Source: Octopus vulgaris
Lineage: Eukaryota
DNA: 64,000 nucleotides
Reading direction: 5' to 3'
Assembly (NCBI GenBank): GCA_951406725.2
Contig: OX597815.1
Span: 213,280,001-213,344,000, forward strand
The position numbers were made by a program, and so were the translations under genes. The notes beneath the pieces are model-generated. The model searched no databases. It was not told where the DNA came from and saw only the letters and a program-made list of their open reading frames with translations. Position 1 is the first letter of the stretch. Each line of letters begins with the position of its first letter. Shown in pieces: positions 54,126 through 64,000 of this stretch.

Positions 54126-55596
54126 TATAATTGTTTAAAGGGGAAAGAAATTTAAGATGTTGTGACATTCATGCATTTCCCAAGTGTTGTAATTAGTGGC
54201 ATACGCAAATAAGGCAGGCTCTAATTGGGAATTAAGAAACCAGCTTTGACAAACACTGGCCCCTAGAAACTTATGGCCACAACATGGCACCTGCCATAAT
54301 AAAAATAATTACAATGATAAAGTTGATAAAATCTGCACATTCAGTTTGTTTCTTAGAAAATTAAGAAATGGTCCTAACTTCATGTTTTCATTCTCCTTTT
54401 GCTATCTTGCTTTGCTATCTTTCATTCCAGTTTTCCCCCTTTATACTACCTACTGGATTTGTCTTTTTAATGATACAAGACTACTTACTAAGTATAATAA
54501 TTGTTTCTCTATGGGTAAAATATATATATATAGGTTTCTAGAATGTAGCAATGTATGTGTGTGTGTGTGCGGTGAATGTACATGAGAGAGAAAGAGAGAC
54601 CATTGGAAGATTATGATAGTTTTTAATATTCCAAGATCACAACTTAAAATTACCAGGAGAGAAAAGAAAAGAAAAACTAATATTTCAAAAATGAACTTAG
54701 ATCATAAAATAATCAAAAACAAATACTATTTACAAGTGAAATTGTTTAAAATACCAATTTAAATGTCAAACTATTAAAATGTACCAAATTTAGAAAGGAA
54801 AATAATACGAAATCATATGCACATAAGTAGTGCATACGTGTGAATATATGGTGCAACAATACATTGGTGCTGTTCAAGAAAATGCTCATGTTGTTTACAC
54901 TGCAATTTTTGCTTTTGTTGTTGTATTTACAAACCTAAGTTACAGAAAAATTCCTAACTTTGGCCATAAAAATTCTCAAAAAAAAAATGACTTTCTTTAC
55001 AATGCTGGAGGTCTATTTTACAAAGAAGGGGACCTTGCAATAATATGATATTGGCCTTAGTGTATAAACGGATGCATATATTCTTGGAGGAATGAAAGGC
55101 AGAAAGTTGACTCCGGCAGGATTTGAACACAGAACAGTGAGGTACTGAAGCAACCAGCCCGGCATTCTTCTGTATTGGCCATCTCCACAGCCCTCAAAAT
55201 AATAATAATAATAAGGTATTGTTAAGACAAAAATAAAGACAAAAAACCCAGCTGCAAAGCAGGCCTTATTTCTGTTTTTAAAGTTTCAAAAAAAAAAAAA
55301 AAAAAAAGAAAACTGTTTAAAAACATAAAACAGAGAAGAGAGAGTAAAAAAGAGAGGAGTGGAGTTAAAATAATTTCCCCAAGCCAAAAAGAAATAAAAA
55401 TGAGAATTATAACGGAAAAAAAAAAAAATGCAGTTCTCTGTTTGTATGGAACCTGATATTGTTTAAATTAGTTTATGCAACGGTCCTGTTGTTGGTGTTG
55501 TTTGTTTTTATTTGTAGGTGCATACTTCAAGTTTTCTTTTTGTTTGTTTTTTCACCCCACCCCCCCTATTGAAAAAAATCTTCTCTTTGCTGCACT

Positions 55597-55663
55597 TCAA
55601 TCCAAAGCGTGATGAGCAATCACAGCTGCCCAGTTGCAATATTTCTTCAAGTACATGAACATT
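55597..55663 (-). CDS. Candidate terminal coding exon of an unidentified minus-strand gene
   Basis: Strong acceptor (tttcatttcttctttcttttccag|), then after one carried-over base [21 protein letters not shown]-stop, followed by several kb of AT-rich UTR-like sequence. Protein not recognised. Confidence 0.35.
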
Positions 55664-55889
55664 CTGGAAAAGAAAGAAGAAATGAAAAAAAATTATTATA
55701 AAGATGTCAAACTTTTGCATAAAACTATAAAACTGTAAGTTAGAGGGAAAAGTAAGTTTGCTTGATCTGCTCCCAGAATATGGCCAGGAATCAATAAAAG
55801 GATAAAGGAGTTTCAGTACAGGAACGGCTGGTTTGTTAAGAAGTTCACTTTCCAAACATGTTCCAGATTTTATATGCATGTGTGTGTAT

Positions 55890-55921
<32 letters not shown>

Positions 55922-56165
55922 GTATGTATATATATATGTATATGTATATATATATATATGTATATATATGTATATATATATATATGTATATATATGTATA
56001 TATATATGTATATATATATATGTGTGTATATATATGTATATATATATATGTATGTATATATATATATATATATATATATGTAGGTCCCGGGTTGATTCGG
56101 GGTTAACCACAGTAAGTAAGGTACTCAATACATAGCAGAGTAAAATTAATTTATTATATAGAAGG

Positions 56166-56216
56166 AGCTTCTACAGGACTAGTACTGTTTCATTCAAGAG
56201 AAATCTTCAGGAAGCT
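56166..56216 (-). ncRNA. Putative type I hammerhead ribozyme (copy 1)
   Basis: Exact reverse complement of 58021-58071. Confidence 0.65.
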
Positions 56217-56601
56217 ATTTAACAAGAATTGTATTAGCATTTATACATTTAGGCAGGTTTAAAGGAGTGGTGGTGGGGGACTTTTTTGGGGGTAGGCATA
56301 GCGCAAAGTATCATACTTGGGGGAGTGGTCAAGGAGTCAGTGGTAAGTTAGATGAAAGAATAGATAAATAAAAAAATAAAAAAATAATAAAAAAAAATAA
56401 TAAAAAAAATAAAATAAAATAAAATAAAAAAATAAAAAAATAAAAAATATATATAAAAAATATATATATAAATAATATATATATAAAAATATATATATAA
56501 AAAAAAAAAAAAAAAGGGGGGATAGAGTTATAGGTAAATAAGGAGATTCTCTCTTATACCTATACACATATGTATACGTATCTACACACACATATATACA
56601 C

Positions 56602-56632
<31 letters not shown>

Positions 56633-57173
56633 CATATATACACATATACATACACATCTACATACACACATACATACACCCGCCCACATATACAAATTTA
56701 TACACATGCATATGCATATACCTGTCTACACATACACACACGTATATATGCATACACTCACTCCCATGCATGCACGCATACACACATGTATCTGTATGTA
56801 GGAGTATATGTGTGTGTGTGTATGTATATGTGTATATATATATATATGTATATTTATTGGTGTATATGTATAGACTAGCCTCCTAAAGTGTAGACACGAA
56901 TCTGTAGGTACGAGTACGTATGTGTATATACGTGAACGTATGTAGATGTTTGTATGTATGAATATAACGCGTGCGTACGTGTATGTGTATGAGTGTACGA
57001 ATGGGTGAATGTACGTGCTAATGAGTGTGCGTGCGTGAATGAGTACTTGCCTTCTAGTAGACAGACAAATGGACATGCTGCCATAGCCAGGATCCTTAGC
57101 TCTAGCGATCAAAGATAACAAAAGTAATAAATGAAGATAATAAAATTAAAATTAGGGAATGGGCCTGTATTGG

Positions 57174-57220
<47 letters not shown>

Positions 57221-57319
57221 GTGTATGTGTAGGTATGTATAGGTACACATGTGTATGTGTATGTGTATGTATATGTGTATATGTATGTATGTGCACACAT
57301 GTATATGTATATATGCGTG

Positions 57320-57350
<31 letters not shown>

Positions 57351-57646
57351 GTACATATGTGTATGTGGGTGTATGTATATATAGGTGTAAATATGTGTAT
57401 ATAGGGAACTAGGTGTGTTGTGTGTGCATGAGTGTATGTGCGTATGAATATATATTTTTCTGTGTATATATGTATGGGTGGTCGTGTGTATATATATACA
57501 TGTGTGTATGCGTGCATGCATGGGAGTGAGTGTATGCATATATACGTGTGTGTATGTGTAGACAGGTATATGCATATGCATGTGTATAAATTTGTATATG
57601 TGGGCGGGTGTATGTATGTGTGTATGTAGATGTGTATGTATATGTG

Positions 57647-57691
<45 letters not shown>

Positions 57692-58020
57692 GTGTATATA
57701 TGTGTGTGTAGATACGTATACATATGTGTATAGGTATAAGAGAGAATCTCCTTATTTACCTATAACTCTATCCCCCCCCTTTTTTTTTTTTTTTATATAT
57801 ATATTTTTTATATATATATTATTTATATATATATTTTTATATATATTTTTTATTTTTTTATTTTTTTATTTATCTATTCTTTCATCTAACTTACCACTGA
57901 CTCCTTGACCACTCCCCCAAGTATGATACTTTGCGCTATGCCTACCCCCAAAAAAGTCCCCCACCACCACTCCTTTAAACCTGCCTAAATGTATAAATGC
58001 TAATACAATTCTTGTTAAAT

Positions 58021-58071
58021 AGCTTCCTGAAGATTTCTCTTGAATGAAACAGTACTAGTCCTGTAGAAGCT
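58021..58071 (+). ncRNA. Putative type I hammerhead ribozyme (copy 2)
   Basis: agcttc-CUGAAGA-u-uuc(ucuu)gaa-u-GAAA-cag(uacuaguc)cug-UA-gaagcu. Stem I is 6 bp, stem II is 3 bp with an atypical U.U closing pair, stem III is A-U plus 3 bp, and the cleavage triplet is GUA. Confidence 0.65.
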
Positions 58072-58088
58072 CCTTCTATATAATAAAT

Positions 58089-58121
<33 letters not shown>

Positions 58122-58276
58122 GTATATATATATATATATATGTATATATATGTATATATATATGTATATATATATATGTATATATATATGTATATATATA
58201 TGTATATATATGTATATATATATGTATATATATATGTATATATGTATATATATATATATATGTATATATATATGTA

Positions 58277-58321
<45 letters not shown>

Positions 58322-58447
58322 ATATGTATATATGTATATATATAAGTCCAACCCATGCTAGCATGGAAAACAGACGTTAAATGATGATGATGATATATAT
58401 AACTTAGGAAGGTTTTGGCCAGTATTGGCCCAGGCCATGTCTAACTA

Positions 58448-58508
<61 letters not shown>

Positions 58509-58723
58509 TACAAAATTAGAGAATGGAGAAACATACTTAAATCAGTAAAACATCAACTATCCGATGATACTCAATCCATACTTTAATACACCATTACATA
58601 TGAGTAAAGGCAATATATAAAATGAACTGAGATATACAGTAATAGTAAAAAGATAAAGAGATATAAGTAAAAAATTTCAAATATAATATACAAATAAATC
58701 ATATATGTATATATATATGTATA

Positions 58724-58897
58724 TACTTTGATACTTTGATAGGTTTCGGCCATTATTGGCCCAGGCCATGTCTAACTTAATAGCACCACCTGGTGAAGTC
58801 TTTCAAGTCAGAATTTGGGCACTATGGCCCACTCAAGTAGAGAGTTATTGTTTACAGAGACATATCCGGGTGTAGGGGGTTTATCCGGGATTTCTTG
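58724..58897 (-). mobile_element. Short 3' end of the LINE family at 59408-61064, flanked by (TA)n
   Basis: Nearly identical to 59408-59558, with an (atcaaagt)2 tail on the element strand. Confidence 0.88.
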
Positions 58898-58898
58898 G

Positions 58899-59397
<499 letters not shown>

Positions 59398-59407
59398 GGG
59401 ATATATA

Positions 59408-61064
59408 TACTTTGATAGGTTTCAGGCCATGTCTAACTTAATAGCACCACCTGGTGAAGTCTTTCAAGTCAGAATTTGGGCACTATGGCCCACTCAAGTA
59501 GAGAGTTATTGTTTACAGAGACATATCCGGGTGTAGCGGGTTTATCCGGGATTTCTTGAAGGAATCTGTCCAAAGACTTCTTGAACCCTATAGGGTCTGT
59601 TTCTGTTTTAATGTGTTTTGGTGTAATGTTAAAGAGAGCGGGCCCAATTGAGGTGAAATAATTGTGCCGTATTGTTGTTATGAGATGAGAGTGCGATTTT
59701 TGTTTTGGGCGGATGGCATGGGGCCCAAGCCTTGGATGTACCTTAAAGGTGATACCAACATCATTTGGGCAATGCTGATGGAATATTTTCCACATCATGC
59801 TGATGATGTAGCGCTCACGACGACGTTGGAGAGAATAAAGTTTTAGCTTTTCTAGTCGACCCCAATAGTCGAGGCCTGTCATGCCATCTATCTTTTTTGT
59901 GATTGCCCTTTGAGGTGCTTCAACTTTTATGATACTTTGTTTTGTGTGGGGAGACCACAGTGGACAACAGTATTCAAGGTGGGGTCGGGCAAAAGTGGAG
60001 AAGAGAAGGATAATGGTGTGGATATCTCTCGACTGGAAAGTTCTGAGAATCCAGGAACACATTCTGCGGGCCATGTCGACTTTGGTGTTTATATGAGTGG
60101 CCCAGCTTATGTTGTTGTCCACAATTACTCCCAAGTCTCTGATGTTGTTGGATGCCACGAGAGTTTCACCTGAAGGAAGGGAGTATGGGAGTTTCAGGGC
60201 ATCCTCTTTTCCAAAGTGGATTAACTCAAATTTATCCTCGTTCAGTAGCATATTGTTTTTTTCTGCCCATTGGATAACAGCCAGTAGATCTGACTGAAGG
60301 CATGTCCGGTCACTCGCCTCATTTATGACCTTCTGTAGCTTGGAATCATCTGCAAAGATTTTTATGTTGCTGTGCTCGATGATGTCATTAATGTCGTAAA
60401 TGTAGATGATGAAAAGAAGTGGGCCCAGCACAGTGCCTTGCGGAACGCCACTACTGACTTTGGCTGGGCTTGATTTTACCCCTTCAACTACAACATGTTG
60501 AGATCTGTCTGTCAGGAAACACTTGATCCATTTCAGTAACTTTCCAGAGACACCAATGTTGGATAGTTTTTTCAATAGGATCTTGTGATCAACCCTGTCA
60601 AAGGCCTTACTGAAATCAAGGTAGATGACATCGGTGTTGGAGCCCTTTCCCAAAGCTCTCAAAATGTCATCAAAGTGATGCAGGAGCTGCGTTAGGCAGT
60701 CCCTTCCATTACGGAACCCATGTTGGTTAGAGATCAGCCGTCTGTTGCTTTCCAGAAATTGGGTTATTCGAGATCTCACCACCCTCTCAAATACCTTGAT
60801 GATATGAGAGGTGAGTGAGATCGGACGGTAGTTCACTGCAAGGGACTTGTTTCCCTTTTTGAAAACTGGGACAACAGACTGGGACAGAAGGTTTTTTGGA
60901 ATATAGCCAGCATCCAGTGAGTTTCTCCACAGATTAGCAAGGGGAGATGCAAGTTGGTGTTGACACACCTTCAGGACACAAGCAGGGAACCTATCGGGGC
61001 CTACTGCTGAATTGTGTTTTATTTCGTTTATCGCCGCTAAGACATCAGGGGCACCAAACGTTAT
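59408..61064 (-). mobile_element. 5'-truncated CR1-like LINE (second family) with uninterrupted RT frame 59469-61064
   Basis: [41 protein letters not shown] and RPHLEYC motifs. Both ends abut (TA)n. The N-terminal YI-repeat part of the 702-aa ORF is microsatellite. Confidence 0.93.
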
Positions 61065-61103
61065 GTGTATATATATATGTATGTATATATATATATGTAT
61101 GTG

Positions 61104-61180
<77 letters not shown>

Positions 61181-61183
61181 CGG

Positions 61184-61302
<119 letters not shown>

Positions 61303-61459
61303 GTATATATATGTATATATGTATATATATGTATATATGTATATATATGTATATATGTATATATATGTATATGTATATATATGTATATATATATGTATAT
61401 ATATATGTATATATATATGTATATATATATATATGTATATATATATGTATATATATATG

Positions 61460-61532
<73 letters not shown>

Positions 61533-61708
61533 GTATATATATATATAATTGCAGCGTGGAAGGTGTTTGTAAGCCATTTAAGAAACACACAAAAGCCGTT
61601 CGATTCAAAATATTTTCGTCGCTAAAATCCGCGACCTGTTCACTGACAAAAATCCGTGCTGCATCTGAGAAAGTAACAATTATGTGAGTACATCTCCGTA
61701 TATATATA

Positions 61709-61941
61709 CAGGGTGTTCTAAAAAGAGATGTACTCACTCTTTGACTTCCCAGTACTCATGCATTTTGTGTTCAAGTAGATGTTTATTGATATACATACGA
61801 TCCTAAAAAGTTAAATTAAATTCAGGAAAATAAATTGTAGAAATGATTATTTATTATCATTTAGAATTATTTAATGTTCTCTCTCAATCCTACAAATTGG
61901 TAATCGTCTGTCAAAGAGTGAGTACATCTTTTTGGGACACC

Positions 61942-61944
<3 letters not shown>
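61709..61944. mobile_element. Tc1/mariner MITE
   Basis: TA-flanked TIRs cagggtgttctaaaaagagatgtactcactctttgac / gtcaaagagtgagtacatctttttgggacaccctg. Confidence 0.85.
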
Positions 61945-61972
<28 letters not shown>

Positions 61973-62987
61973 AGAGGATGAATTAAGATTTTTAAAGTAC
62001 AAATATTAGCACAGAGATAAAACAGTATGATAAAATACACAGTAATTAAAACAAGACATAATTAAAAGGGAATAAAACATGAAAGATTATTGTCTAGGTC
62101 AGGTTAGGGGACTCCATGTCCCCTAACCTGACCTAGCCAATCTTAATATTGTTTTCTCATGTATCAAAAAGTACCAGGTAAATTTTTTTAGTTGGTTCTG
62201 GTTGACAAATACCTACATCTTCAGGCTAAGACTACTTTAATTCATTATAATGTCTTATTACTATTATTATTATTGAGTTGGCGTTAGGAAGGGCATCCAG
62301 CCGTAGAAACACTGCCAGATTTGACTGGGCCTGATGAAGCCTTCTGGCTTCACAGACCCCAGTAGAACCGTCCAACCCATGTTAGCATGGAAAACGGACG
62401 CTAAACGACGACGATGATGATGATGATGAGTGAGAGAGCAGCACATGCCATCAAAGTGACCCTGGGGTACAAATATATGAAGCCCAATATACCCATCATG
62501 ACTACTCGTCTGATAAAGGTATACTAGGCACATGCAGCACAACCATACGTGTGTGACATGGTGATTTCATATCAAGATAAATAGCACGTGACCTTGCAGG
62601 TGGGGCCCAGTTAGAATTTTCTTCAGGTCGAGTAGCCCATCCTGCTCAAAAAGTCTCTTCTCTGAATAAGGGTTCTTTAAGGATGTTGAATGACACACCC
62701 ATGTTTCCAGAGGTGAATTATTCAAACCCCAAAGAATTCCTCTCAACACATGGTTATGATTCTCCCCCACTACTTCTGCTTGTGATCAAAGATGCACATA
62801 TCATCATCCACCAAGGGACTTGCTCATCTAGTTAAGGTCAAACAATTGACAAGCAAATCTGTGGTATTGAACAGAATATTTGCTGTGGCCCATCTTTTAC
62901 TCCAAGACGAAACATATACAGGATAACACTTCCAATCGGTTAAGATCAGAAGCCACGAGAGCCAGTGCCTGGGACTGCATCAGGGCA

Positions 62988-63370
62988 TCTCTCTCTATAT
63001 AAACGGCAGTTTGTCTGTGCGTGTTTCTGTGTGTCTGTTTTCTCGTACCCTCACTCTGACCACGGCTTTCAACCGATTCTGATGAAACTTGACACACACA
63101 TAGCCCAATGTCATAATTCAAAACTAACGCAGCGAAAATTTTGAAAAGTTCCCCCAGTTCTGAAAAAAATCGATAAATTCGACATGGGGTCGAGAATCTG
63201 AAACCCAAACCACAGACCGTCTAGGGGACGCAACTCCACCTTTTTTAACTCTCAAAAAATTTACCATCATTTTTTTCCCATTTTTTTGCTATTTTTTGGC
63301 TATAACTCTCTAAAAATGCTTTATAGTTATTTCCCTTACAAACCTGAGCAACGCCGGGCGATACTGCTAG
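62988..63370 (+). mobile_element. Non-autonomous Helitron
   Basis: A|TC start, (GT/CT) microsatellite near the 5' end, 3' gcaacgccgggcgatactgCTAG|T. Confidence 0.78.
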
Positions 63371-64000
63371 TTTATTATAATTATTATTATTATTGAATGT
63401 TGCTGTGAGCAGATGTGCTTTTCCTTCACTCCAAGAGCTTTGAAGTTTTACCAAGATTGTCAAGTGCTGCAATAAATACCACAAGGCATTTTGTTCGACA
63501 TGCCAACAACAACAACACTAATAAAAATTATAATACTAATTTCTAAAATAAGTGCAAGGAGCAGGTTACCTTTGTTTATCAATAACTTTGTGATTCTGAT
63601 TTCAAGAAACTGATATAAACAGTATCTCACTATAAAACACCAATAACCTTAATAGCGATGTTTTTCCACTTAGGCCAAAGGCCAACTCTAATTGTTAGCA
63701 ATAATCATTAAATATATAACATTTCAGTCAAAATATGAACAGATGCTACAGTCTGCTAGGTTGTAATTATCACCATAGTAACCAAAGAATGCTTGTGTAA
63801 TGACATAATTCCTTACACTGCATACATGTATGTTCATATAGATCGAGATATATATTGCATACACAAATATGTGTGTGTATGTTTATATAGACATGAATGG
63901 GTGTCATGGCTGTGTGGTTAAGATGTTCAATTCCCAGCCATACAGTTTTGGGTTCAGTTCCACTGCATGGTACTTTGAGCAAATGTCTTCTACTGTACAG

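Larger units (their letters stand above)
56147..58090. repeat. Large inverted repeat (arms 56147-56791 and 57496-58090) flanked by (TA)n; putative non-autonomous Penelope-like element
   Basis: Unique parts of the arms are reverse complements and differ mainly in simple-repeat lengths. Confidence 0.9.

Overview
AT-rich, repeat-dense animal genomic DNA. The SINE and microsatellite landscape looks like an octopus (cephalopod) genome, which is my inference and has not been verified. There is one confident host gene: a three-coding-exon Polycomb PRC1 E3 ligase of the RING1/RNF2 (Sce) family on the + strand (1518-2544, 9011-9058, 14637-14896; 444 aa), with a long Q/N/H/S-rich insert between the RING and RAWUL domains. 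A possible terminal exon of a second, minus-strand gene lies at about 55.6 kb. The rest is transposon-derived: three CR1-like LINE relics, RTE fragments, an IR/DR-type Tc1 element with an uninterrupted DD34E transposase, non-autonomous Helitrons, piggyBac/mariner/foldback MITEs, many SINE copies and long (TA)n tracts. The most notable signals are: (1) a 1.9-kb non-coding inverted-repeat element (56.1-58.1 kb) whose two arms each end in a type I hammerhead-ribozyme motif, a Penelope/retrozyme-like layout; (2) three co-oriented 3' ends of one LINE family, each embedded in (TA)n; (3) two locally templated inverted insertions that look like polymerase-theta-type repair scars. Most long ORFs in the supplied track are microsatellite artefacts.
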